In this document: piece after piece, positions 12,011 to 25,000 of the stretch
Layout: each line of letters begins with the position of its first letter
How positions within the stretch are numbered: the stretch's first letter is position 1
Source: Felis catus
Taxonomy: Eukaryota
Assembly (NCBI RefSeq): GCF_018350175.1
Contig: NC_058368.1
Coordinates: forward strand, 136,092,001-136,156,000
Direction: 5' to 3'
DNA: 64,000 nucleotides
Notes under the pieces: model-generated
Database searches by the model: none
What the model was told of the DNA's origin: nothing
Seen by the model: only the letters and a program-made list of their open reading frames with translations
Translations under genes and position numbers: made by a program

Positions 12011-12204
12011 TTCTCTAGGAGTCGACTTGCTCTTTCCTGTGTTCAATTCTTTGGTTTCACATTTTCCTATGTTGGTAGAATGATTCCCACCAAGGGGTTT
12101 TTTTTTGTTTGTTTTAAACAATATATTTTTTAAACAATAGATTTACATAGAAAATAATGTTCATTGCAAATAACATAGAAAACATGGGTAATACAAAAAA
12201 ATAA

Positions 12205-12860
12205 GGGGCGCCTGGTGGCTCAGGGGTTTGAGGGTATGGCTCTTGATTTCCCCTCAGGTTATGATCCCAGGGTTTTGGGATCCAGCCCTGTGTTCTGCTC
12301 AGTGCTGAGCCTGGAGATTCCTGAAGATTCTCTATCACTCTGCCCCTCTCCCGTACTCCTGCATGTACTCTCTAAAACAAACAAAAGCCCAGATGTAACC
12401 AATGATGATGATATCGCCACCATTTAAAAAGTGCTTTACAGAGTTTTTTATTTTATTTTTTTAGAGAGAGCACGTGAGCCGGGGAGAGGGGCAGAGGTAG
12501 AGAGAATCTTAAGGCATCTCTATGCTCAGTGCAAGGCCAGACAAGGGGCTCAACCCCAGCACCCTGGGGTCATAACCTCAGCTGAAATCAAGAGTCCCAC
12601 GCTCCACCTGCTGAGTCACCCAGGCTCCTTTGTATTTTATTTTCACGACCCAATAAACGACGGGTTATTATTCCCATTTTAAAGATAAGTAAACTTACTG
12701 TGGTACTTGTATACTATAGACTACTACTCAGCAATTAAAAAATAGGAATAAGGATCTCCCGAAATGCTTAGACTTGATTTGGGGGTTGTGAGTTTCAGCC
12801 CTACAATGGGTTGTAGAGATTAGTTAAAAAGAAAAATCTTAAAAAAAAAAAAAAAGAAAG
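12205..12860. mobile_element. Older SINECs directly upstream of the SMN promoter (+ ~12205-12385, - ~12443-12628, + fragment ~12770-12860)
   Basis: Diverged SINEC heads and bodies. Confidence 0.8.
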
Positions 12861-13074
12861 AAAGAAAAAAATCTTTTAAGAAAGAATTAAGTATTGATAT
12901 ACGAGGAAAAGAAAAAAAAAAAAGGAAACAGGCACAGAGCATTTACACAGCTGCCTGGATTCCAGGTAGCAGAGTTCATTCCTTTAGCTACTTATCAATT
13001 TTAACATTTAAGTTAATATCCATTCTCCCAAGTGTTCTTTGGTAAATTTTCAAACTTTAAAAAAAAAAAAAAGG

Positions 13075-13770
13075 TCAAAATAAAGAAAGGGGACTGCATC
13101 AAACTTTCATCCTTTGCACAGTGAAGGAAACCAACACAAGGAAAAGACAACCTACACTGAATGGGTGAGGACATGCTCACGTATGATCTGATAAGGGATT
13201 AATATCCAGAATCTATAAAGAACTCCTAAAACTCAATGTAAAAAAACCAAAACAGCGATCTAATAAAAAAAATGTGCAGAGGCCCTGCATAGACATTTTC
13301 CCAAAGAACACATACAGATGTCAATAGGTACATGAAAAGATGCTTAGTATCACTAACCCTCAGGAAAATGCAAATCAAAACCACAATGAGCTATTACCTC
13401 ACAGGTGTCAGAATGGCTATTATCAAAAAGATAAGAGAGAACAAGTGTTACTAAGGATGCAAAGAAAAGAATTCTCGTGGACTATTGGTGGGAACATAAA
13501 TTGTTGCAGACACTAGATGAGCGGTAAAGATATGTTTACACACATGCACAATGGAATATAGTCATAAAAAGAATGAAATCTTTACAACAACATGGACACA
13601 CCTAGAGGATATCATGCTAAGTTAAATGAGTCCGAGAAATACAAATTACCGTATGACTTCATTTATACGTGGAAACTAAAAAACAAATGAACATAATAGA
13701 TTTATAGAGAACTCACAATTGCCACAGGATGGGGGTAGGGGGAGTATGAGGATAAAGTGAAAGGGATAGA
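13075..13770 (+). mobile_element. Older L1 ORF2-end / 3' UTR fragment
   Basis: L1 phrases such as agacattttcccaaagaa and caaatcaaaaccacaatgag. Confidence 0.8.
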
Positions 13771-14082
13771 GAAGAAAAGTGGGATCAAATGTTGTCTAAT
13801 GTTTAATGCTATGCTGCGTTTTTTTTTTTTCCTGTCTTTACATGGGTCAAACAGATCTTTAAATCTTAGTAGGCATTTACCATTTACTTTTCCAGATTAT
13901 TCATTAATTAGGATTGCCAGATGGATTCCATGTATATATGTATTATAATTTTCTTAAAAAATATATCTACCCAAGGAAGTTTGAGGGCTCCCCTTTGGCT
14001 TCTATCAATATCAGAAACAGATCTATTTTTTAAAAAGCCACTTAGATTTTTCTCAATTATAAAAATTCTCATAATGGCATTA

Positions 14083-14640
14083 AAAAAATTTTATTTAACA
14101 AAATTTTTTTTTACATTTTTATTTTTGAGAGACACAGGGAGACAGAGCACAGGTGGGGGAGGGGCAGAGAGCAAAGGAGACACAGAATCCGAAGCAGGTT
14201 CCAGGCTCTGAGCTGTGAGCACATAATCCGACCGAGGGTGCCTGGGTGGCTCAGTCGGTTAAGCGTCTGACTTTGGCTCACGGTTTGTCAGTCTGAGCCC
14301 CGTGTCAGGCTCTGTGCTGTCAGATTGGAGCCTACTTCGGGTTCTGTGTCTCCTTCTCTTTCTGCCCCTCCCCCACTTGTGCTCTGTCTCTCAAAAATAA
14401 AAATGTAAAAAAAAATTTTTTTAACGTCTAATTTTGAGAGAGAGATACTAAAAAAAAATTTTTTTTTTAACGTTTATTTAATTTTGAGAGGGAGAGAGAG
14501 AGAGAAGCTCAGAGAGAATGGGATAGAAGGTCCAAAGTGGGCTCTGTGCTGACAACAACAGGCCAAAGCAGGGCTCAAACTGACCACCTGGAGAGCAATA
14601 GTCACATGGTTCCTCCGACTGGGCCAGCCGGGCACCCCCT
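14083..14640. mobile_element. SINEC cluster: - (~14083-14235), + (~14237-14420), - (~14460-14638)
   Basis: SINEC bodies; the first two form an abutting inverted pair. Confidence 0.88.
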
Positions 14641-15960
14641 CACAATGACATTTGATGTAGAAATTTAGACAGAATTTGCAAAGAGGTTTTTGTCTTTATA
14701 TTTTTTGAGATATAACTTATATACCATAGAATTCACCATCTTAAAGCATACACTTAGTAGTTTTTAGTATACTTGAAAGGTTATATAGCTGCCACCAATT
14801 CCAGAACATTTTCATCACCTTAAAAAGAAAGATTAGCAGTCACTCTCCATTCTTCCCTCCTTCCAGCTGCTCACCACTACTAATCTACTTTCTGTCTTTA
14901 TGGATTTACTTGTTCTGGATATTTTATACAAATGCAATCTATGGCCCTTTGTGTCTGGACTTTTTCACTTAGCCTAACGTTTTCAAGGAAAAATTAGCAT
15001 TTTAATACATTTAGAATGGCAGGTTCTTTGTTGAAAAAAAGTATTTTTACTTACCAGGATCCTCAACAAAAATGAACCTATGGCATTTTTGCTCTCAAAG
15101 AAAAGATGATGTTCTTTTATTCCTGATGGTGACATCCATAATTGAATTACTATATTTTACAAAGTTATTTCATATGATAGACAAAGCAATCAAAGCGCTG
15201 TGTAGTGAACTTCCAAAGGAAAACCATTTCACCCGATTTGAAGGCACTTATTTAAACATTAAATTTAACATCAGGAACTGGAATAGTCTTTGTGTATATG
15301 GAATTTCAATACCAAAATCCTACCTTCCAGGACTCTTGGAAATTGCCCTTGAGCAAATAAAGAATTCAAATGATTAGTGACCAGGCTTCCAACTTGATTT
15401 TCCAATTTGAATTTCAAATGGGATAGTGCATAAACAAATGACAAGGCCAAAGCCAATTAGTTCCTTAGTGTTACATCATCAGGGTCTAGGGGCAGGAGAT
15501 CATAGATGGGTCTGTGATTTTAGTACAAAACGGCTCACTGAACTGTTAAAGCAGCAGAACGTTAAAAATTACAAGTGATGTTTTGGAAGAATATTTGAAT
15601 GATGTAATAGACAAATGGTAGTGTAATTCATAAAGGGATAGATAGAATTGGCCATCCAGTATATGAACGTTTGAGTCCCCACCCTCATATCCTATATCGA
15701 AATACATTCTGGGTGATTTTTATAAACTTGGGATGGGGGAGATCTTAAGATAGAAACAAGAAACCATGCAAGTACTGAAAACTTGAATACCTTTTGGGAG
15801 TCAGGTGGGTAATGTAAATGAGTTAAGGAGGAATAAGCAATAAGAGGTTGTGGGTACTGTCATCAGTAAAGTGGAGCCTATACCTCCCCACCTCCCACTC
15901 ACTCCACTCAATCTCTGCCCAAAGGTATTCAAGTTCACATTTAAAAAGTTTTGACAAATG

Positions 15961-16830
15961 GGGTACCTGGGTGGCTCAGTTAGTTATGTGTCTGATTTTG
16001 ACTCAGGCCATGATCTCTCAGTTCATCAGTTCGAGCCCCACATTGGGCTGTCTGCTGTAAGCCTGGGACCCTTCAGAGGATCTGAAGATCCTCTGCCCTC
16101 CTCTCTCTCTCTCTGCCCCTCCCCTGCTTGTGCTCTCAAAAATAAACATTAAAAATTTTTTTTTAGGTTTTAACATGTCAGCCAGGATAAGTCTGCTGTC
16201 AGTCTGCACCCTTACTTATAAAGAAACTACACTTATGGTAATGTAATTACAAGCAAAATAAAATGAAACTACAAACAATAGTGTGGAAAATATTTGTAAC
16301 CTATTAAAAACAACTGCAGAGAAACAGACAAGAACAAACTATTCCTTGAAGAAAAAAAAATGGCCAATAAATATGAAAATAAGCCTCAGCTCTGCCCTCA
16401 GCTGGCCTGATTTCACATCCCTAACCTGCCACTTACTAGCTGGGTAACCTTGGTGGCGATTCCTTAATTAAAATCTCAATTTCTTTATCTATATAGATAT
16501 AATAGTACTCACATGTGAAAGCTAAGTAAAATAAAAAGCATAAAGCAGAGAAAATATGAGTACATCAGAAGAGAAAATCCAAATGCCCAATAAACATGGT
16601 AAAACATTCAACCTCTGCAGTCAAGAAATTGCAGGGCACCTGGGTGGCTCAGTCCATTGAGTGTCTGACTTCGGCTCGGGTCATGATCTCGCAGTTCGTG
16701 CATTGGAGCCCCGTGTTGGGCTCTGTGCTGACAGCTCAGAGCCTGGAGCCTGCTTCAGAATCTGTGTCTCCCTCTCTCTCTGCCCCTTCCCTGCTCACAC
16801 TCTCTCAAAAATCAACATGAAAAAAAATTA
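15961..16830 (+). mobile_element. Two SINECs (~15961-16165, ~16634-16830) with a MIR-like remnant (~16400-16550) between them
   Basis: SINEC heads and tails; MIR core-like ccacttactagctgggtaaccttgg. Confidence 0.8.
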
Positions 16831-17229
16831 CCAACTAAGATACCACTTTTCCCACTCAGGATGGCAATATCAGAGATTAATATTTGATGTTATCAAGGGC
16901 ATGGGAAATGGAGAGCTATTCTCATGGGAAATATCTGCTTAAAATTGCAAATGCATGGCATATACCTTTGTACTAGGAATCCTACCTTTAAGAATCCATT
17001 CTTATAGGAATAAAAGAACTATTACATAATTAAGTATGACTATATTACAGAATTGTTTTTAGTGGCAGAAGCTCACAAACATCCTCAATTTCCTTGAGTA
17101 AGGAAGTTACTTGATAAATTACTATACCAAGGTTAGATTTATAGGGACTGACCTGTAGGCATAGCTTAAAAAAAAAAAAAATCAAGTTACAGTAAGTTTT
17201 CCACTTTTATTTAAAAAAAAAAAATTCCC

Positions 17230-17654
17230 TGTAGTGGGTTGAATGGTGGCCCCCAAAATGATATGTCCACCAGATACAGCTATTGTGATTTGACCTTATT
17301 TGGAAAAGGGTTTTGGTAATGTAACTAAGGAACTCAGGATGAGATCATCCCAAATTAGAGTGGGCCCTAAACCTAGTGACAGGCATCCTTATAATAAACA
17401 AGAAGAAACCTGAGAAAAGGCTATGTGAAGAGAGACATAGGAGTTATGGTGCCACAAGCAAACCAATGCCCGGAGCTACTAGAAACTGGAAGAGGCAAAG
17501 ATTTTCCCCTCAAATCTTCAGAGGGCTTATGGTCCTGCTGATACCTTGTTTTTAGACTTCTGGCCTGTAGAACTGTGAGAGAACAAATTTCTATTGTTAT
17601 AAGCCACCAAGTTTGTGGTAATTTGTTGTAGCAACCCTAGTAAATCCTCAATAT
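17230..17654 (+). mobile_element. Solo MLT1B/MLT1C-like MaLR LTR
   Basis: Begins tgtagtgggttgaatggtggcccc; ends taagccaccaagtttgtggtaatttgttgtagcaaccctag. Confidence 0.88.
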
Positions 17655-19382
17655 CCGTTATAGTTATGTTTACGAATGCTTAAGCGAGCACTGAGGAAAA
17701 CTAGACCACAGTTTTATGTATCTTATGTCCCAGCAAATTTTCATTCTTAATATATAATAAGTAGAAGTAAGTCATGACTAAGAAAATATATATAAAAAAT
17801 GTTTATGACAGAATCATTCTTAAAAACTTCAAACTAAGAGCAAACCAAATGTCCATAAAAAGTAGAGTGGATAACTAAGTTATGGTGTATTTATGTAACA
17901 GAATACTACACAGTTCCATGTTTAAGATAGAACTACTGATACATAAAAGACAAAGCATTCTCAAAGACATAATGTTGAACAAATGAAGTCCAACTCCCAT
18001 GAGTACATACTGGGTGATTCCACATATGTAAAATTCAAAAACATGCAAAATGATCTATAGTGATTGTCACAAAGCAGCCTGCTAGAAATGTCCATGTACC
18101 TTATTCTTGGTACAGTCTATGTAAAAGCCAATAAAAATAATATACTTACGATGTTCTTTAATATCATTTCACTGGGATAAAAGCCCAGGATTGCAATTAC
18201 TGGATTATACACTAAGGGTATATTTAGTTTCTTACGTCACTCATTTATGGCTAAAGTTCTTTCAGTCTTTTTGTTACATTTTCCCAAATTTTTAATCATG
18301 AGCAGGCGTTGAATTTTGGGGGGTTGAAAGCTGGTGGAGATAACAGTGTATGACCTTCATCATTTCTCACACTTCAGACATTTCCTTCCCACCTTCACCA
18401 TTAACCATATCATGTATCTGTATTTTTTAATTTTAATCTTAGCCTTGCAACAAGATTAGTGGACTCTACAAGTCTGCCCAGAGTCTCTTCCCTCCTTTCT
18501 GGCAACAGAACCCCACATTTGCTAGGGGGACCATCTGCTCCTCACTGGATGAAGTCTTGGTTATACCATCATCTTAGGCACCTACCCTCCCTTTGCTGAG
18601 GGGTAGGCATGTAACCTAAACAAGTTCATTTGGAGGAACTCTGAATGGCATTATGACTGAAAATAATTGCCCAAATTTCAATCTGATAGCAGCGTTGTGG
18701 GGAAAAAAGCTTCTCATGGTACCTGGAGCTATCCCCACTGTTGACTTTTCCCAAGGCTTCCGTCTTCAACTTTTCCTTGGACTCTGGAGTCTGTCATCCA
18801 CTTAAATATTCATTGTGGTTATTTGTAATTAATGATTCTGTTTGCAACTAGAAATTTCAATATACCATCAAATCACAGATCTGATGTGCTTCTAGGTCTT
18901 CAAGCATACCAAAACATAACTCTATGTTAAGTGTTTATTCGTAAGCCACCCTAACAGTCATCTTTAGTACAATAACTTGAACAATACCTTCTCCCCCCAC
19001 CCCAAATTCCAAGTCCTTGACAAAATCCATCATGCAATATAGGTCTATAAAAACAAAGTATTCAATAGGATTTTGTCTTGATTACAGCCAGGTTGGTAGA
19101 CTATTTCTTAGAAACTAAAAAACTGTAAAAAACCTTTTTTCAGTAATACTGAAGGAAATGTTCCTGCATGGATGCACCAGCAAGCAAAGTCACGTCCAAC
19201 TGATAAAGTAGCATGAGTAGGATGTGGTATGGAAAATATTTCTATAAAAGCTCTATTAATCAAAATCAAATTTTAACATTTCAATTTTCCTGGGCAAATA
19301 GCCTAACAGCAGGCTACTCTGAACTTTTTCACGTGTGTTAATTTAGTGGTAAAAGGTTTTTGTTTTTAAGAAGCAAAGTTCT

Positions 19383-19585
19383 GGGGCGCCTGGGTGGCAC
19401 AGTCGGTTAAGCGTCCGACTTCAGCCAGGTCACGATCTCGCGGTCCGTGAGTTCGAGCCCCGTGTCAGGCTCTGGGCTGATGGCTCAGAGCCTGGAGCCT
19501 GTTTCCGATTCTGTGTCTCCCTCTCTCTCTGCCCCTCCCCCATTCATGCTCTGTCTCTCTCTGTCCCAAAAATAAATAAACGTTG
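19383..19585 (+). mobile_element. Young SINEC_Fc lacking an A tail
   Basis: 15 bp TSD aagaagcaaagttct at 19368-19382 and 19586-19600. Confidence 0.95.
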
Positions 19586-20180
19586 AAGAAGCAAAGTTCT
19601 AAGGAAAAGCCTGTATGAAGTTTTAAACTTTGCTGTAATTTATGGGAAATTCTAATGGAAAATTATGATTGACAAGTCCATAAAAATAATTCAGTTTTTC
19701 AATTCAATTCTCATGGTTTTTTTTCTTTTTTTTAAATAGGTCCTCATCACCAAAGGCAAATAGGAGTTTCCCTCAACAAGTTGACATGCTCTGTGCTTAG
19801 GTTTTATCATTGCTAGTACCCGACACAGATGGTAAGACGTACCAATCTCATTATCTAAACCGCCAAAGTCAATTTTATATTAGGTTTCCACGTGAGGGAT
19901 ATTTTCCCTTCCGTAGCTTCATGAGGTATGATTGACAGTATATTTAAGGTATACAATATGATTTGACATACACATATTGTCAGAGGACATGCTTTTTTAA
20001 GGTCAATAGTTTTCAAATAGCTTATAGGCTCAAAGCTACCAGCAGGACACATGCCTTGAGTAGAAAGAAGAGCTCTTTTCATAAAGGCACAACTTGAAAA
20101 TACAACAAGATTCTCACTTTATACAAGTGAGTAGACTCTTCCCATCTATGAAAACATGCAGAAAAAGAACAAAATATACT

Positions 20181-20412
20181 TTTTATTTTTAAAAAAAAAA
20201 TTTTTTTTTTCCAACGTTTATTTATTTTTTGGGACAGAGAGAGACAGAGCATGAATGGGGGAGGGGCAGAGAGAGGGAGACACAGAATCGGAAACAGGCT
20301 CCAGGCTCTGAGCCATCAGCCCAGAGCCTGACGCGGGGCTCGAACTCACGGACCGCGAGATCGTGACCTGGCTGAAGTCGGACGCTTAACGACTCCGCCA
20401 CCCAGGCGCCCC
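20181..20412 (-). mobile_element. Young SINEC_Fc
   Basis: TSD caaaatatacttttt. Confidence 0.95.
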
Positions 20413-21344
20413 CAAAATATACTTTTTAAAAAGTGAGAAAAATAATGTCAGTAATCAGTATTCCCTGCAAGCTTTACTTTTCAAAAACAACCTATAGTGT
20501 GTTAAGTGGGTAACAATTTCTTACACACACAACTAACAGAAAAGGCATTCAAAAGGAGTCAAGCAGCTGATGAAACTGACCTGTTATCACCTTGGGCAGG
20601 AGTGGCTGCTACCTCTTACATTTCAGCAGGACTTAGGAAGATTGCTAACAACAATCCAGTACCTCCTATTAAGGATGATGCAAGACAGCAACTTTAACGC
20701 CTAGAAAAGTGTTCCGTGGCCTTCGGAATTTAAGTTACATTTTAAAGTTGGCACTACTTTGTCTAAATTTTATCTTGCTTTAGCAACATACCAAAAGAAT
20801 TATCTAAAGTGAATATATAAATTTACTTCACTGACTGAATGCAATTATTCATCTATATTTTTCCTTACTCTCTTCTTCTTCAGGTATTAAGGGAAATACC
20901 TTGACCAGTAACCCTCTTAGGCTGGAGCCTGCTTTGGAATCTGTCTCCCTCTCTCTCTGCCCCTCCCCAGCTTGTGCTCTGTCTCTCTTGATCTCGGAAA
21001 TAAACATGAAAAAAAAAGTTTAGCTATTTAACTTACCCTGCTTAAATATACTACAACCAAAGAAACTAAAGTGTCAATACATTAGAGCAATTAAACTTCA
21101 TTTCTTCCTGTCACGTAACTTTTGTCGGCTTTGAGGAAACAGTCATGTTCAAGTAAAAAATGAAACCCTTTATCTTAACAATGAATTCATTCAAGTAAAT
21201 GCCAAATAATTAAGATTCAGTTTTGAAATCTTAATCATTACAACATAGAAATCTTCCTTATCCTAATATCCATGTTCTTTTACAAATTGTACTTTTCCCT
21301 AGATTTATAAGGATTAACTGATTAAGAAAAGTTTACATTTTGAT

Positions 21345-22140
21345 ACTTTTTATTTATTTATTTTTTTTAAATAAAAAAAAATTTTTTTTTCCAACGTTTT
21401 TATTTATTTTTGGGACAGAGAGAGACAGAGCATGAACGGGGGAGGGGTAGAGAGAGAGGGAGACACAGAATCGGAAACAGGCTCCAGGCTCTGAGCCATC
21501 AGCCCAGAGCCTGACGCGGGGCTCAAACTCACGGACCGCGAGATTGTGACCTGGCTGAAGTCGGACGCTTAACCGACTGCGCCACCCAGGTGCCCCGATA
21601 CTTTTTATTTTTGAGAGACAGAGAGACAGAGCACAAGTGGGGAAGGGGCAGAGAGAAAGAGGGAGACACAGAATCTGAAGCAGGCTCCAGGCTCTGAGCT
21701 GTCAGCACAGAGCCCAACCTGGGGCTTGAACCCAGAAACTATAAGATCATGGCCTGAGCTGAAGTTGGACACTTAACCAACTAAGCCATCCACCCAGGCA
21801 CCCTGATTTTTTATTTTTACTTTTTTAATGAGACAGAGTGCAAGCAGGGGAGGGACAGAGAGAATCCAAAATAGACTCTATGCTGCCAACACAGAGCCTG
21901 ACACAGGACTCAAACCCACAAACCTTAAGATCAATGACCTGAAGTTGGTCGCCCAACCAAGATATTGGTAGAGAGAGAAGGAAACAATCCCAAGCAGGCT
22001 CTGTGCTCGATCCTAGGAACCTGAGATCATGACCAGAGCCGAAACCAAGAGCCCCTCTTGGTGCCCCTCTAATTCCATCTCTCAGTAGAGAGCTCACTTG
22101 GGATTCTCTGTCCCTGTGTCCCAAAATAAAAAAAATTAAA
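21345..22140 (-). mobile_element. Stack of SINECs (young ~21345-21596, older ~21600-21804, fragments to ~22140)
   Basis: SINEC bodies; TSD gatacttttt around the young copy. Confidence 0.85.
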
Positions 22141-22152
22141 AAAAGACACGGA

Positions 22153-23530
22153 TGGCACAAAAACAGATACTCAGATCAATGGAACCCGGAAGAGAGAATC
22201 CAGAAATGGACCCACAAACATACGGCCAACTAATCTTTGGCAAAGCAGGAAACAATATCCACTGGAATAAAGACAGTCTCTTCAGCAAGTGGTGCTAGGA
22301 AAACTGGACAGCGACAGGCAGAAGAATGAACCTCGACCACTTTCTCACACCATACACAAAAATAAACTCAAAATGGATCAAAGACCTAAATTTAAGACAG
22401 GAAGTCATCAGAATCTGCGACGAGAAAGCAGGCAAAAACCTCTTTGATCTTGCCCACACCAACTTCTTACTCAACACGTCTCTAGAAGCAAGGGAACCAA
22501 AAGCAAAAATGAACTATTGGGACCTTATCAACATAAAAAGCTTCTGCAGAGTGAAGGAAACAATCAGCGAAACAATCAGCAACAGACAGAATGGGAGAAG
22601 GTATTTCAAAATGACATATCAGATAAAGGGTTAGTATCCAAAATCTATAAAGAACTTATCAAACACCCAAGAAACAAATAATCCAGTGAAGAAATGGGCA
22701 AAAGACACATCTCCAAAGACATCCAGATGGCCGACACATGAAAAAATGCTCAACATCACTCATCATCCAGGAAATACAAATCAAAACCACTTGAGATACC
22801 ACCTCACATCTGTCAGAATGGCCAACATGAACAACTCAGGCACCAACAGATGTTGGTGAGGATATGGAGAAAGAGGATCTCTTTTGCACTGCTGGTGGGA
22901 AAGCAAATTGGTACAGCCACTCTGGAAGAGTATGGAGCATCCCCCAAAATTAAAAATAGAACTACCCTACGACCCAGCAATTGCACTACTAGGTATTTAC
23001 CCAAGGGATACAGTATGCTGTTTCAACGGGGCACATTCACCCCCATGTTTATAGTAGCACTATCAACAAGCCAAAGTATGGAAAAAGCCCAAATGTCCAT
23101 CAACGAATAAATGGAAAAAGAAGATGTGGTATATATATACAATGGAGTATTACTCGGCAATCAAAAAGAATGAAATCTTGCCATTTGCAAACATGTGGAT
23201 GGAAGTAGAGGGTATTATGCTAAGCTAAATTAGAGAAAAACGAATACCATAGGACTTCACTCCTGTGAGGACTTTAAGGCACAGAACAGATGAACCCAAG
23301 GGAAGGGAAACAAAAATAATTTAAAAACAGGGAGGGGGACAAAACAGAAGAGACTCTTAAATATGGAGAACAATCGGAGGGTTACTGGAAGAATTGTGGG
23401 AGGTGGGATGGTCCAAATAGGTAAGGGGCATTAAGCAATCTACCCCTGAAATCACTGTTGCACTATACGCTAACTTGGATGTAAATTAAAAAAAAATTAA
23501 ACAACTTTTCAAATTAAAATTGTGAAAACA
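22153..23530 (+). mobile_element. 5'-truncated L1 (second subfamily, different 3' UTR)
   Basis: ORF2-end peptides; TSD aaaagaca(c/t)gga at 22141-22152 and 23531-23542. Confidence 0.92.
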
Positions 23531-23962
23531 AAAAGACATGGAAACTACTCATTATGGGAAAAAAAAAAAAAAGCAAAGGATACAGCTCAGAGCCTAACAA
23601 GTGCTTTGTATTCATAAATTATCAGTATGTAGAAAATCTGGAGATGGGATTTCAGAAATCAGACCCATCAGCAATCTTTGTGGATGGGGTGCCTGGGTGG
23701 TTCAGTTGGTTAAACGTCAAACACTGGATTTTGGTTCCAGTCATGATCTCATGATTTGGGAGATTGAGCCCCTGCTTGAGATTCTCCTCTCTCTCTTCCC
23801 TTTTATCATAAAGTTGACTTTAAGACCTACGTTAAGTTTATGACAAAGATTCTAGATTTAAAAGAGATTATGTTAGCTTATCACATTACCTCTTTGTTAG
23901 ATAAACCCTCACTGCTGATAAAAAAATAACATTCAACAATATGTCTCATGCATAGTTTTTGT

Positions 23963-23968
23963 TTTATT
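23963..23968 (-). terminator. SERF1: Probable polyadenylation signal of the SERF1 short isoform
   Basis: AATAAA on the - strand about 165 nt after the stop codon. Confidence 0.65.
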
Positions 23969-24134
23969 CTTTGAAGAATGGTTCTGAAACATCACACTAA
24001 GTCAGGCTGAGAGGTAAAGTTTAAATAGTTTTGTAAGGACGTGTTGTAACATAGGACTGCTTACTCCACAAAATTTTAATCAGAGCTTATGATACACCTT
24101 GTTGGCAGTAGCACCCAGGTTTTCCAAATAGTCA

Positions 24135-24260
<126 letters not shown>

Positions 24261-24585
24261 TCACTTGTTTTCTATACACAACCCATTAAGCATATTAAGA
24301 TACAATTTAAAAGAAGATATAAAAATTCATGTCTTTGTTTTCTTGGAGACAGAAGAAAAAGAATGGAAGGGCTTTGAAGCTGGATCTTATTTTGAAAACC
24401 ATCCCTGTTGTTATGGTCTTGGGCAAGTAACCTCAAAGATCTTTCAAAATCACGACACTACTTACCAGGGTTGTTCTATGGAATAGCTACCAATGTATAT
24501 ACTGGCCATTAGGCAGCTACATACAGAATAATGGCAATTACTCTTGGTTGTCAACACGAGACCCTTATTTTAAAAAAATGTATTT

Positions 24586-25000
24586 GGGGCGCCTGGGTGG
24601 CGCAGTCGGTTAAGCGTCCGACTTCAGCCAGGTCACGATCTCGCGGTCCGGGAGTTCGAGCCCCGCGTCGGGCTCTGGGCTGATGGCTTGGAGCCTGGAG
24701 CCTGTTTCCGATTCTGTGTCTCCCTCTCTCTCTGTCCCTCCCCCGTTCGTGCTCTGTCTCTCTCTGTCCCAAAAATAAATAAACGTTGAAAAAAAAAAAA
24801 GATTAAAAAAAATATACAAAAAAAAAAAATGTATTTAATGGCTTTGTAATCAACACCTACTATCTGTTCATGAGTTCCAGCCCTGCATCAGGCTCGTTGC
24901 AGACAGATCAGAGCCTGGAGCCTGCTTAGGATTCTGTGTCTCCCTCTCTCTCTACCCTCCCCCTCTTGTGCGCTCTCTTAAAAATAAACATTAAAAAACA
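24586..25000 (+). mobile_element. Young SINEC_Fc (24586-~24822) plus a truncated SINEC (~24866-25000) in SERF1 intron 2
   Basis: TSD aaaaaaatgtattt. Confidence 0.9.

Noticed and set aside
11548..12133. Long ORFs overlapping SMN exon 1 on both strands
   Set aside because: Stop-poor GC-rich island; only the 24 codons before the donor match SMN.
15048..15377. 101 aa + strand ORF and a consensus - strand donor (ctg|gtaagt at ~15054; another at ~21036)
   Set aside because: No recognisable protein and no convincing partner acceptor; isolated donor motifs are common by chance.
18460..18865. Possible old MLT1-type LTR
   Set aside because: Too diverged to call by eye; needs a Dfam HMM search.
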